NCBI RefSeq assembly: GCF_006345805.1
Contig: NC_042998.1
Span: 127,844,001 to 127,908,000 of the forward strand
Direction of reading: 5' to 3'
Length of the DNA stretch: 64,000 nt
DNA from: Octopus sinensis
Lineage: Eukaryota
The notes below the pieces were generated by a model. That model did no database searches and had not been told where the DNA came from. It was given only the letters and a program-made list of their open reading frames with translations. Position 1 is the stretch's first letter. Each line of letters opens with the position of its first letter. Made by a program: the position numbers and the translations under genes. Positions 1 to 12,914 of this stretch are shown one piece after another.

Positions 1-330
1 CCTATGTGGTATCGTAGATATTTCAAATGTGTGGATATGACTGTACGATGAAACGGCTGGAGATGCTAGTTTCATCAAAAAACATCAAAGAGAAAATTAG
101 TATGTTGCATGTCTACTGAACGGGGAAGCAAAACATAACAACATAACATAAGCTGACAAAGTACTGAATAGATGGACAGTTGATACACATGATCCACTGA
201 TTTGCTGGGGTCACCTACTTAGAAAATAAGAGGCAAAACTCTCATCATATCAGCAGAAAATTATACATGGATAAAAACCTGATCAATGAAAGAGATGAAT
301 GCTTTCAAATTTTCATGTTGTGATAGAAAA
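1..330 (+). mobile_element. possible highly decayed RTE-like LINE 3' coding remnant
   Basis: Fragmentary translations (MWYRRYFK..., KNIKEK...) loosely resemble RTE C-terminal MWCYRRML/KIKxRKL motifs; many stops and frameshifts. Confidence 0.25.
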
Positions 331-444
331 TGTCGATAGAGCAAAAATATAATCAAAAGAATTCTAGAGACATCCATCCCGTTTAATTTTGGTCAGACAT
401 ACGAAGGTTTTAAATTATGGTAAAAGGCCAGTTATTTCGCGGGA

Positions 445-578
445 GGGAGTAAGACGATTATATCGGCCTTCGAAAATATGAAAGGCAATGTCCACCTCGG
501 CGGTATTTGAACTCAGAATGTAAAGACGGACGAGTGGCCGCTAAGCATTTTGCCCAATGTGCTAACGATTCTGCCAGC
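445..578 (-). mobile_element. tRNA-derived SINE family A, degenerate
   Basis: Reverse complement matches GCTGGCAGAATCGTTAGC...GAGTTCAAAT..CCGCCGAGG seen in intact copies (37032, 63569). Confidence 0.75.
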
Positions 579-1859
579 ATTTAGTTTAGATATATATTGA
601 GGGTGACATTATCCAGTATGTCCTTTCCCGTGTAAGGTGCCAGGGTGTGAAATGAAGAAGATTTTACTGCTATTTGTAACAACTTGAACGACCATGCAAT
701 GACACCCTTTGTCGGTTCGGCCGTGACTCCCTCCTCTTTGACTTGGGAGGTTTGTCTTCATTTGGATCGTTAAGGTAATCTCATTGACATGAAAGTTGTT
801 TTTATTGTTTATTTTGTTATTGTAGTCGTTGTAGATGCTTAGGTCTCTAATTAAGCAAAACGATGACCAAAGAGTTTGCATTAATGATCATTTAGTCTTT
901 TGTATAACTACGACTAATTTGTCCAACACTTCGTTCCATTTCTAATTTAAGGGTAATTTAAGGGACAATTCAGCTGCTATTTCCAGGCAGCCGAATGACC
1001 AAGTAGAGGCTCACTCAATTGCTTGGAGTGGGAAGTGAAATGCTGAACGCAGATAGAAGTATTTCATTGGTAGAGTGACTACGGCGTTGCTGTTGTTGAT
1101 GCTGGTGTTAATGATGCTGTGGCTGCTTTGCTCGAATTAGCTCAAGTTGCTACTAATCAGCTCGTGTTGCTTCGTCCGTATTTTATAGAACTATGATCAA
1201 AGTCATTCTAGCCACGACCACTCGATCTTGTTTTTTTCTTCCCCCTTTGGATATACTGTACGTAGGTCTATATTATGAACATTAGCTCCACATCGGTTAT
1301 TTAAATCTGATGGTAGGACTGAAGTAGTATTATATTGAGTGACTGGGCATGTTTTAGTAACAGGGCTTCTGGACACTACGTGTACTAAAGAAGTAGCTTT
1401 AGGTACTAAAGCGGTGACCGATGGTAACTGCGGTAGTTCAATATATAAAAGAATACTTAAAGCCTAAACCATATTCATATTTAAAATGTGGAGCTCTATA
1501 ACTTAGAATAATAATAATAATAATATTCGGGTTATAACGACGAGAATTGTCAGCAATTCACATGACTGATAATGTAGCAAATGGTTTCAACATTTACTAG
1601 TGGTCCTCTCTTGTTAATACTTCACTTTTATATGACACGTATATAAAATACTTATTGCCTATATAACCTACAGCAAAGATAAATATTTCGCAGCTGAAAT
1701 TGTTTGACTCAGGATTTCATCTGAGCGTTTGTTGAAATTAAAACATTTGCATTATAGTAGAATCATGATACTCTTTTAAAGCGTACACACATATATCGTA
1801 GCTGTATTACATACTAAAATGTGCCAAAAGATGTTTATTCTCGCTGTTTTTGATTGCGT

Positions 1860-2480
1860 TCTTGTATTTGTACGTTTTCCTCTGGTAGCTTTTGTTTTCA
1901 GGCGTAATCGCATGTTTAGTTTTCGTCATAGTTGGTGTTGTTGTTGCTGTTATTGTTGCTGCTGTTATGTGTTGGCGGTGGTCTTTCGGGTGTCATTGCA
2001 AGTAGTAGTGGATGGAGTAAAGCTGATGGTGGTTGGTCGTCGTCGTGTTGGTGGTTGGTCGTCGTCGTGTTGGTGGTAATGATTGTGGAAGTGATATGGT
2101 CGTGGTGGTGCTGATAGTGGTGATGGTTTTGGTAGCTGTAGTGGCGATGGCACTGATGATTGCAACGAGGTTTCAGAATCAGAGAAGTTTGAGGAGGGAC
2201 TGGGGTATCTGTTCATCTATGTCTGCTTCCTTTATTTTGGAAAAGGTGCTATAGAGATGCTCCATTTAGTTAGTTGCAGCTTTGTCGAATTCTCCTGCCA
2301 GTTGCAGTTTTGTCGAATTCTCTTGCTAGGGATTTTTCTAAAACTGTTATTGATTCTGCTACTACTGTTAGTGGTGGTGATAGTTGGAGTGGTGTTGGTG
2401 GTACCACTGCTGTTCTTAGTTGTTCTGCCACAGTTCTTGATAGTGCTGTTGTTGTGGTTGCGATGGTTCTGTTGTTAATA
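1860..2480. repeat. degenerate GGT/GTT/GTC triplet low-complexity tract
   Basis: Imperfect (GTT)n, (GGT)n, (GTC)n runs explain the overlapping poly-V/C/L ORFs. Confidence 0.8.
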
Positions 2481-2500
2481 TTGCATCTACAGTTCGAAAG

Positions 2501-2712
2501 TAGCAAGCTGGCAGAATCGTTAGGAAGCCGAACAAAATGCTTAGTATATTTAGTCCATCTTTATGTTCAAAGTTCAAATTCCACCGAGGTTGGCTTTGCT
2601 TTTCAATCTTTCGGGGCGCAATAAAATAAGTAGCAGTTGAGCACTGGGGTCGATGTAATCGACTTACCTCTCACTCTAAATTGTTGGCCATGTGCCAAAA
2701 TTTGAAATCAAT
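2501..2712 (+). mobile_element. SINE family A, degenerate
   Basis: GCTGGCAGAATCGTTAG A-box region, AAGTTCAAATTCC B-box, then TCTTTCGGGG...CACTGGGGTCGATGTAATCGAC body. Confidence 0.8.
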
Positions 2713-3754
2713 ATTGTTTCTACAGTTGTTGATACTGCTGCTTCGGCTACTGTTGTTGCTAGGATTGTGTTTTTATCAGCAGCTCAGATCTAGATTTTTT
2801 CCACAATCTCAAGAAGAAAACACTTATGCTGTTGGTACCGCGAGCGAAGTGATGTATAGGCTTTTCTCCTTCGGCTGTCGGTGACAGCTCGTTCAGCTCA
2901 GAGTCACATTGAAAGTTACTTTTCCTGGTTTGTTTGCATGAGAAGTACCAGTACCAAGTCTACCTTCAATCAGTTCGCAATCCAAGCCTACCCCCAATCG
3001 CCTGTGTTTCGTGGATTGTCGCTTCTTGCTTTTCGGTAATTCAAAACGGTTGTCAAATTCCACTTCTCGCTGGCCTGTCTGATAGAAAAAAAAAATGAAA
3101 TCATCAGTTTTAATCAGGGCACTTGAGCTAATCCTCAGCATACTTCGAGAGGGAATGTAAGTTCCACCGTTCCCTACTGAATGCTGCAAGCGACAAGAGT
3201 TTTCTTTTCTCCATCCTGCTTTCAGGTACTGCTCTAATTGGACATATTCCGTCTTCCTTTCCGCTGATTTATCGTGCCTGTGCCACACAATACTAGCGTC
3301 AAACTATCCGCAGCTTCTATCGCCTCTGACAACACGTTTATAGTAATTTTCTTCTCCTTTGGTTTCACTCCTTCTTATCGTATTTCCAAATACTTATACA
3401 ACTCTTACCAGCCCTCACAGATACTTTACTGGAGACATTGTTAACACAGTTGTCATTTTTGTTACTCTTGTTTCCACTAATGCTACTGTTGTCGCTCGAT
3501 TTTGTAGCGGCCGCCTTGTTTTTGTTGAATTGATGGCCTAGGCGGCATTGCTGCGATTTTGGCTCACCGGGTTTCCTTCATTGTTGCAGTTACCCCTTTC
3601 TCTCTTTTGCAACATTTCTGAGAGCAGTCGTCGAAAGGCCAGTGCATTGGTGACAGAGAAAAGGATTACGTATTACCACTGGAAGCTTCCTTTCAGTGCA
3701 ATAAAGGATAAGATTTCAGTGACAAAGTTCTTGTTATTCTTGCTATTTGGTCAA

Positions 3755-4790
3755 CCTGCAGGGTAAACAGCAAAACCTGTCTAAGGGTGGATGAACTCTG
3801 AGGAGTCAAAGGCCATCCAAAAAGTATTTCTTCATTAGTTGTGCTGCTGATGAAACCATTCCTGCATAGGACAAGTGTAATATTGATGAATAATATATTT
3901 CTCTAGCTGAAAAACTCAGAGTATTGGGCTGGTGTCCAACACAGGATAGTCCGCTTAAACTTTTAAGGGTAGAGGGGCTACTTCGAGTCTTCGTGGAATG
4001 ACAGATCAAAATATCAACTTCTGATATACAGAATGGTGTGGAACGATTGTACGGAAAAACATACTAATCTGGATATGGCGCAGATCGATTCCTGGACTTT
4101 AGAACGTCTTGACTTAGTACAGGTATCTAGTAACATTTTGAATTTTATCAGATCAATGAAGAACTGAGATACAGAATTAACATCATGTGAAGAAGTTTTG
4201 GCGAACATTTACATCAGGAGAGACATATTTCAGGGAGATAGGCTGTCACCACTGCAGTTTGTGATTGGTATGATACCACTCACACAGATATTACAAAATG
4301 TGACATCAGAGTCACTTGGAAAGTGGAGAAAAGTTGAATCACCAGTAGTATATGCATGTGTTAAAGTTCTCCGGTAAAAGTGAGCCTAAAATAAATGGTC
4401 TGCTTTTAACAGTGCAGGTATTCAGTAAGGATATCGGGATGGAATTTGGGATTAATACGAGTAAGTGTTGCATGAATATCATTAAAAAAGTCAAGTATTG
4501 TCATCTGGTGTTGTAGAAATGTCCAACGGCGAGAGAATTAACGATGTTGAAGTGGATAGATCGAAGTATCTGCTATTTTGGAATGCGAGGAAATCAAGAA
4601 GAGATGAAGGAAAGATTTAGGCGAGAATAACTTAGGAGAACCAAGTTAATTATGAAGAGAAATTTCAATGGAACGAACAATTTCAGAGCAATGAAGGTTG
4701 TATTCTTAATGCGATATGGTGTCAGGTGTTGTTAGGTGGACAAAGAGTGAGCTCAAGGAAATGGATAGAAAAAGCAGGAAATAGAAATGT
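3755..4790 (+). mobile_element. R4/Dong-like (RLE) non-LTR retrotransposon remnant: leader motif plus decayed RT
   Basis: Translations include IRRDIFQGDRLSPLQFVIGMIPL, VQVFSKDIGMEFG and ELKEMDRKSRK, matching RT motifs of the copies at 54568 and 33313; stops and frameshifts. Confidence 0.8.
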
Positions 4791-6627
4791 TATGAGTTAA
4801 GAAAACAATTATAAAATACTCACTGCAGGACGACAAAAGTTGCCTAGTAAAAGAGAGCAAGCGGAAATAAGAATAGTCGTAAAAGATAAAGAAAAACAGA
4901 AAGTTGTGAAAAAGCTAAAACAAAAAAATAGATAAAATAGCATTAAGAGATTTCATTTAAAAGCAATTTCAAAAACACCCTCTTTTTTATTCGTTAGTTG
5001 AAGAGAAATATACAGGGCTAATGGGCTTTGTAATCTTCGCGTATATTGGTGCGATTGATGCTACGAACCTGTCGTTCAAACTGTTGCAAAATAATGAATG
5101 CTTGAAAATCATATGCATCGTGTGAACTCAAGAATGTCAGTGTTCTGGGAAGAAAACGCTGAGCGTTGTGGTTAGTGCACGGTCTCGCGATCGATTACAA
5201 CTTGGGTTATGAGAGGAGTAGAGACTAGCGAGTCAAAAGTACATGAGTGGAGGTGGCACAATTTAAGCCACCTCCAGTAAAGATATTATCGCAATGTACC
5301 AGAAATGGCAAAGAGTGGATACAGAACATGTGCAGTTCAATACAAAACATGTGCAGTTCAATCCTGCTTCTAACTTCCTTCCTTACATTAAATCTACCAT
5401 TGCCTTCGTTCAGTTTCTTCGTCTCCTTCGCCACTGTAGTAATGGCTCTGGTTCTGTGACTAATTCAAAACAAACGTTTCACTTCTCTCACGCTTGGTGT
5501 ACCTTCAATTCGCTCCAGTCACGGTTTTTTGCTGTTTCACACCACCACCTTTCTAACCTACACTCGACTTCAGACAACTGCATTGATATCTCATCTCTTT
5601 CACTTCGCTACTCGGTCTCAGTATAACACCTCTGCAACTTCCATCGTTTACAACCTGACACTTTCCAATCTCTTTGAATCTTCACTCCTCTCTTCCAAAC
5701 GTAAAAACTTACGAGATCCTCTAAACAACAGCTCTTCAATCCACAACTACGCTAACCGGGAATCTCTGCATTCCCCTGCGTCCTTTAAAATATTTACCCA
5801 TTCATCTCTAACACTTAAGTTCTACGTGTCACCAAGTTTCTTTCACGAAATCTTCGATCAACTTCGATTTCATTGCTTGCAAATTGGATTTACTTCATTG
5901 TATGCCAGTCAGTTCAGTGCCCTTAATATACATCAAACTAGTCACCACCTGAATTATCTCTTCCATAATCACCTACCGAAGTTTGCAATATTGCCACAAG
6001 CATCAAGAAACCATTTCAACTCTACTGACAATTCTTCCCATAAACTCTATCTTTAGTGACCACCGATTTCTAGATTCTTTTCTGTCTTTTCCCGCATCTA
6101 TCATAATTGTCGCCGGTTTCCTGGAACTTTCCGTAGTGAAAATGTAGGCTCCTAATAAGATATAGATTATCCTTAAATGCCCAATCTTTTTTATCATCAA
6201 AATCGACAACAATTCTGCAAATACAACGAGAAATTCGTCTCCAAATCAAAATAATTTTGTCAAAACGTGTAAATAAAATCCTCTGCAGCACCAACAATAG
6301 AACCAGATTTTGGAGGAAATCTGGTGGACTACCATGTGCTAAGGGATATTCTTTATATGTTGCAACGTTATCCCAAAATTTCAAAATATTAAAATCAAGA
6401 AACATAATGGAATAATACAGGAAGAAATCAGGAATTGACCTTACTGTCACAGATTCTGAACAATTGGTTAACATGTTGAAATATAAATCAAAAATCTACT
6501 AAAAGCTCCAAAATCAACGCCTCGGTAACGCATTGGAGAAAAAAAAACTGCACTACTCCAAAGGAACAGAAAGGATTATGTAAAGTCCATATGAGTATAA
6601 ATGTCATTAATTGAACCATAACGCAAG

Positions 6628-6836
6628 ATTCTTTTATTCTTTTATTTGTTTCAGTCATTTGACAGCGGTCATGCTGGAGAACCGCCTTTAGTCGAGCTAA
6701 TCGACCCCAGAACTTATTCTTTGTAAGCCTAGTACTTATTCTATCGGTCTCTCATGCCGAACCGTAATTGACGGGGACGTAAACACACCAACATCGGTTG
6801 TCAAGTTGTCAAGCGATGTTGGGAGGACAAACACAG

Positions 6837-6921
<85 letters not shown>

Positions 6922-7086
6922 GACGGGCTTCTTTCGGTTTCTGTCTACCAAATCCACTCACAAGGCTTTGGTCGACCCGAGGCCATAGTAGAAGACACTT
7001 GCCCAAGGTGCCACGCAGTGGTACTGAACCCGGAACCATGTGGTTGGTAAGCAAGCTACTTACCACACAGCCATTCCTGCGCCTAT
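6628..7086 (-). mobile_element. tRNA-derived CORE-like SINE (family B) with internal (AC)n(AT)n tract
   Basis: Head GGCGCAGGAATGGCTGTGTGGTAAG..GGGTTCAGT, CORE-like CACCTTGGGCAAGTGTCTT, tail CCAGCATGACCGCTGTCAAATGACTGAAACA; same layout at 15666, 17141, 38470, 39625. Confidence 0.9.
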
Positions 7087-7098
7087 AAATTATGAACA

Positions 7099-7141
7099 AC
7101 CTTAATCGATTTTCGAACCTTATTGGGTTCTCATCAGAGGC
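7099..7141 (-). ncRNA. type I hammerhead ribozyme motif (Penelope-like), palindromic stem III
   Basis: Minus strand: GCCU-CUGAUGA-GAACC(caauaa)GGUUC-GAA-AAUCGAUU-A-AGGU; complete core, UUA site. Confidence 0.75.
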
Positions 7142-7895
7142 GTCTACACCATTCTAACAGTCACCAGATTGTATAAAAAGAAAGAATGGTCTCAGCATAA
7201 CATAGATTCATTTCCAAAGGATTTCCGACAGCTTCTACTTCGTTGCTCCTGGAAACTTAGGAAATAAGCTGGGATAACAAGCAGACACCTCAAAGTTGAT
7301 ATTAAGAAATGTATAAGAATTTTACAGATCAAAACAAAAGTATTCCCTGTCATATAAGAAATATTTCAAGATGCTTACATTCACCTTATATATATTAACA
7401 GATTTAAGCAACATACAAGCCAGATAGAATGTGAATATGTGCGTTATAGAATCACAAAGTAACCATCCTAAGTATATAGACGGACTCAAGTCGGGTGGCA
7501 CAGATGATAAATAACTAGAAACCCTGTTCCATATGCAACAAAGATTTGCTTGAGAAATTGGCATTAAATTCAATTCGGAAAACAGTCGCCAACCAGTAAT
7601 ATGAACTTAAATAAAGAAATAGATAAAACAATTAAATCCAAGACAGACTTTAAAATACTTAGGAACTAATTAACTTGACACAAACGAATTAAGGAAATGG
7701 TTAAGAACGAATATTGTAGACGCAATAGATTAATATTTAAAGCTAGGATAATTGCCAAAAATAAGGTAGTAGATATCAATACCTTAGATTTAGCCGTTAG
7801 AAATTAGAGCTGTAATATTCTCAACTAGAATGTGTTAGACAGATAGGAAAATAATGACTTCATTGAGGATGAAGCACCAAAACCCGACGCAGAAA

Positions 7896-7910
7896 GATTA
7901 TTATTATTAC

Positions 7911-7952
<42 letters not shown>

Positions 7953-7982
7953 CATTATTATTATATTATTATCATTATTATA
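7896..7982. repeat. (TTA)n microsatellite
   Basis: Direct reading. Confidence 0.95.
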
Positions 7983-8820
7983 TATTCCCCACATATACAG
8001 ACATACACAGATGCACACATATATAAATACATATGCATACACACCTTAGAATATATATATATATATATATATATATGTATACATAATGTATGCTTGTACG
8101 TATGTATATAAATTACAAATTATAAAACAATTACAGTAGGTTTTCTAAGATATGTGGAAAAGTATAATACAAATACATAAAACAAAACAGTTTCGTATCT
8201 TCAGGGAGGACAACAAACATGAAACAGAAGCTGCGATAACAGAAAATAATGATGAGGATAGAGAAATAAGAAAATAAAATATCAAAAGAAAAAGACAAAA
8301 AAAAAAAGAAATTGAACAATAAAATGTTGCTAATGCATTGGCAAGAAAAAACTCTCAGCACTAATGTCCGACAAGACTTGGCAAGGTGGAACTGAATAAA
8401 GAGAAAGTATATCACTGATTGAAATGTAAAGGTATCAATGTAGAGATCAAAAGCTGTCTGAAAGTAACACAACCGAAGACTTACCACCAAAAGCGAGAAA
8501 AAAGACTCCCCCATTCCAACACGCACGCACATACAAAAACAGTTATGTTAATTATTATAAACACGTATCTCTGCCAAATCGAGAACACCACACCTATGTA
8601 AAGGGCACTGAGTAGTCGATTGCGGAGTTAGCACAAATCTAGTTGGTAAGTCGACTCTGATACGATTGAACTCAGATATTAAAAGAAACTTTTAGTCCAG
8701 CCCTCCGCTTTTACACCACCCAGCGCTCTGCAGCCTCTTGCCCCTTCTCCGCCTCAACGACCTCTTCCTCTTATCTTACTTCAACTACCACTTGAAATAT
8801 TGTGGGAGAGGGTCTTGCCT

Positions 8821-9100
8821 AAGGCGGTGAGCTGGCAGAATCGTTAGCACGCTGGACAAAATGCTTAGCGGTATTTCGTCTGCCGCTACGTTCTGAGTTC
8901 AAATTCCGCCGAGGTCGACTTTGCCTTTGATCCTTTCGGGGTCGATAAATTAAGTACCAGTTACGCACTGGGGTCGATGTAATCGACTTAATCAATTTGT
9001 CTATCCTTGTTTGTCCTCTCTACGTTTAGTCCGTTGTGGGTAGTAAAGAAATAGAAATAGGTATTTCGTCCGGCACAACGCTGTGCGTTCAAATTCCGCC
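8821..9100 (+). mobile_element. SINE family A monomer plus 5'-truncated second unit
   Basis: Full unit 8821-9053; second unit starts at GTATTTCGTC (about 9060). Confidence 0.9.
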
Positions 9101-9147
9101 CAGATTTCAGGTCTTGAGCCTATAGTAGAAAGGGAGAGGTCTTGCCC

Positions 9148-9311
9148 ATTACATCGACCCCAGAACTTGAATAGTACTTATTTCATCGACGCCAAAAGGA
9201 TGAAAGAAAAAGTTGGTCCCGGTGGGATTTGATCTCAGAACGTAAAGACAGAGGAAATGCTTCTAAGCATTTTGCTTAGCGTGCTAACGATTCTGTTAGC
9301 TTCGCTGCCTT
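9148..9311 (-). mobile_element. SINE family A, degenerate
   Basis: Reverse complement of family A body and head. Confidence 0.8.
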
Positions 9312-9376
9312 TGTAACAATAATAACCCTTTCTGCGATAGGAAAAAAAGTCTGACATTTGGTGGTGGGGTTGGGGG

Positions 9377-9545
9377 TAAGTCGATTACGTCGACGTCAGT
9401 ATTCAACTAGTACTTACTTCATCGACACCGAAAAGATGAAAACCAAAGTTGACCTCAGAGGAATTTGAACTCAAATTGTAAAAACAGACGAAATGCCGCT
9501 AAACATTTTGTCTAGCGTGCAGACGATTCTGCCGGCTTGCAGCTT
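9377..9545 (-). mobile_element. SINE family A, degenerate
   Basis: Reverse complement of family A body and head. Confidence 0.8.
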
Positions 9546-10327
9546 CAGTTATTATCACCATCACCATCACCACCACCACCAAATAAATAATAATGATACT
9601 AATAAAAGAAATTATAAAAATAGTCATGACAACATATGCGAAAAACAAGGACGACGACCATGATGATGACGATGACAACAACGACGACTTTTTTCCACTG
9701 CCAAAATAATGTTTACATTCCTATTTGATTGCAAATCAGTTCAATATGAAACAAATATATATAGAGAGAAACTATTATACTTAGAGTAAAAAATAATCAC
9801 CATTCATCTGCAAACAGTGTCAAACTGGTAGACGCTCCCTATAGACTAAACTCGTGTAAAGACGTCTTATTTTCCAATAAGCGACCAGAATCAAAAATAA
9901 ATAAATTATTATGCAAATATAGTATAAAATGTTAGAACTACTATTTAGATCATAGCTTTCAGATATAAAACTTGTTATGATAAAATATAAATTATATACG
10001 CTATTTAAAGAGATATTCTGTGGTTAATCAAGAAAGAAAATGGAAACTCACAATATTACAAAGACTAAGCTTAAAACACGCCTCGCAGAACTATATGTAA
10101 AAGCCATTTGCTATATACAACACGTTATGAAGCTCAAGATCATATTATAAATTATGAAGCTGTTAGGAGCAAAGTGCAAAGAAAGTAGCAGTCATTCTGA
10201 AATTCCACTTTATAGAACATATATACATACATATGTGCTTGTGTGTGCGTGTGTGTATGTGTCTTTGTGCATGTATGTGTGTATTGTGTCTATATATTTA
10301 TATATATATATTCAAAATGATGTGGAC

Positions 10328-10370
10328 GCCTCTGATGAGAACCCAGTAAGGTTCGAAATTCGATTAAAGT
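10328..10370 (+). ncRNA. type I hammerhead ribozyme motif, same family as 7099-7141, two stem substitutions
   Basis: GCCU-CUGAUGA-GAACC(caguaa)GGUUC-GAA-AUUCGAUU-A-AAGU. Confidence 0.65.
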
Positions 10371-10694
10371 TGTTCCTTGTTTTCTCAGAACTTTCAAGAA
10401 CATTAAAAAGAAATTCAAATTCAAAATCAACTGCATTCTCAAGAGAAATTAAATACTTGGTGTAAAGGGAGAAGAAAATCCTGAAACTCATAGAACCATT
10501 ATATTACTAAAAGTACAGGCGGCATAAAATAAAAGGTATTTCTGTTTTTTCTCTTCTTTGAGCAAGAGACACGGGCGAAGGAGAAATGAAGACGGAGACG
10601 GAGTGAAGGAGAGAGCGAGTCAAGAGCAGAGAGAAAATAGCTAAAGAATATTATGAACAAAACCTTTCAAGAAATCTTGCAAAGACAATAAAAC

Positions 10695-10912
10695 ATTGGT
10701 TTCAAATTTGGGCAGAATGCCAGCAATTTGGGGTAAGGGTGTAAAACGATTACATCGACCCCAGCATTTAACTGATATCTACTTTATCAACCCTGAAAGG
10801 ATGAAAGGCATAGATTACCTCGGTGGAATTTGAAACCCGGAACGTAAAGACGGGTGAAATGCCGCTAAGTATTTTACCCGACAAACTAACGATTCTGCCA
10901 GCTCGTCACCTT
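10695..10912 (-). mobile_element. SINE family A
   Basis: Reverse complement of head, body and tail. Confidence 0.85.
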
Positions 10913-10954
10913 AACGGCAATAAAATATTTGTTTCATTTTTTTGTCACGGGGAG

Positions 10955-11134
10955 GAGAGGTGAAGTCTATTACATCACCCCCAGCGTTCAACTGGTATTT
11001 ATTTTGTCGACACCGAAACAGTGAAAGGTAAAGTCGACCCCAGCAGAATTTGAACTCAGAGCAAAAAGACGGATGAAATATCGCTGAGCATTTTGCCCAA
11101 TGTGCTAAGTATTCTGCAAAGCTTGCTGCCCTAA
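10955..11134 (-). mobile_element. SINE family A, degenerate
   Basis: Reverse complement of head and body. Confidence 0.8.
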
Positions 11135-11367
11135 GGGAAATAAAATATTGAAGCAACGTCTTTTAAAAGCTGAAAAACAGAATGGTAAAATGAAAATTTT
11201 AAAACTGCTTTCAATATTGCCATTCATAACTGTAGATTTTGTTACCAGAGTAAGTTTGATAATAGGTTGGTTGTAATGAAACAAAATTTCATATAGTATA
11301 CATTAAAACAAGCACAAATACAATCGAATAACTGCCCCCATGCAAATATCATTATAATTAGATCCGC

Positions 11368-11410
<43 letters not shown>

Positions 11411-11699
11411 CATACATGATATTACATAATATTATTTTGTAGCTTTTATATTATATTATTGTTTTGTTCATTCAATAATATGTGTAAATGCAAGTGCCAA
11501 ATGTTAGACATCTAAAGGAGCACAGATCCCATATATCTCACATGTGAAGGCTACGACCAGTCATTTTTGTGATAAGTCTTACTTTCTTTCAAGCGATACC
11601 TATACATGATGAGTTTTTATAGTGGGGAAGGATTTGCACAAATTCAATCCCACTCTCTGAATATGGACAACATAAACTCGAAAAGAAGAACTAGTCTAC

Positions 11700-12062
11700 A
11701 TCATCGCAGGTTTTCTCTCAGAGTTTCCCTCTTCTAGAGAGATGTTGTGACAATAACAGAGGAGCCTCCCACTCCCAGTGGGCCAACCGTACGCCTGGAC
11801 ACCAACCCAGTTATTTCCACGTCCCCACGCATACATACATGCATACATACACATGTATGTATGTGTATGTATGCACATATTGTTGGGTAGCTGTTGACTA
11901 CTTGTGAGCTCTTCCGCTCTTTGACAGGTCTTATTTTTCGTCCTGCAGGGTGTCCAACAATCACCCTCTCCACCAAGCAAGCTTGATGGGGTTGCCAGTT
12001 TAGCCGTGAGGTTGTACTTGGTTACAAGTTACCAGTAGCGCCCAATAGCGACCAAATGTAAT
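11700..12062 (-). mobile_element. GC-richer repeat resembling a non-LTR retrotransposon 5' leader
   Basis: Contains the CCTGCAGG..ACCTGTCAAAG.GCGGA.GA.CTC..AGTCAAC.GC motif also at 3755 (upstream of RT) and 25785, plus several hairpins. Confidence 0.5.
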
Positions 12063-12131
12063 CCTTTGTGTGTGTGTGTACATGTGTGTGTGTATGTAAT
12101 GTATGTGTATGTAAGTATATATGTTTACTCA

Positions 12132-12219
<88 letters not shown>

Positions 12220-12914
12220 GTATGTGTATATATATATATATATATTTATGTATATATATTTAGATATATATGGTACAGCAACATCACTGAAAATAATCAC
12301 AGAATACGTACAAGTATACATATATAGAGCTATAATTATAAACGAATAAAACATAATACATCTTAAAATACAAGTTTCAATTCTAATATGTGGATATGTG
12401 GACGCATATATACACATTGAAGTAAAATACACCAGTACCAAGGTTCATATTGTGAGAATTACATGAAGTGCACACAAAATATACACGTTATCAAAAACTA
12501 AATTACTCGTAAAATACGTGATATATGAGCATCCATAAATAAACTCTAGCCACTTCAAAGCAAATAATAATATTAACGTACACAAATCTATGAAGTACAA
12601 AGTAAACCTAAAATTATATACATCCATAAATCAAAACTACAAGAACTGGAGACATCTATGCATTTTTATAATTTAGCGATCTAAGCCAGAACAATTACTG
12701 TCGTACAAGTAGAAAGTAAACCTACAAAATTATATATATTATTGGTTTTAAACCAGACAGGATAGGTATAGAGTAAAGTGCATGAAACGAGTGAGAGAGC
12801 GCGCGAACGAGTGAGAGAGAGAGAGAGGGGGGAGGGAGAGAAGAGGTCAACATACAGCGGAATTACTGAAAAATCGTTGTTGCGGTTATCCGTGGGTGTA
12901 TATTATAGAATAAA

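Larger units (their letters stand above)
6150..7895 (+). mobile_element. old R4/Dong-like LINE remnant interrupted by a SINE and an HHR fragment (6628-7145)
   Basis: RQQFCKYNEKF..FW..IW and KAP..W.KKL before the insertion; EMVKNEYCRRNRLIFKARIIAKNKVVDINT and MKHQNPDAERL after it (cf. MHHPKADVDRL at 46715). Confidence 0.6.

Noticed and set aside
2845-2900. Minus-strand CUGAACGA-GCUGUC(acc)GACAGC-CGAAG HHR-like motif
   Set aside because: Core has an insertion, GAAA is GAAG, and stems I and III are absent.
6070-6474. Minus-strand ORF resembling Penelope RT (YKEYPLAHGSP)
   Set aside because: The plus strand fits the R4-like pre-RT region collinearly with RT motifs after 7150, and no YxDD is present on minus.
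8180-8212. Minus-strand CUGAAGA-UAC-GAAAC (helix-II-less HHR)
   Set aside because: No stem I pairing and stem III is not palindromic.
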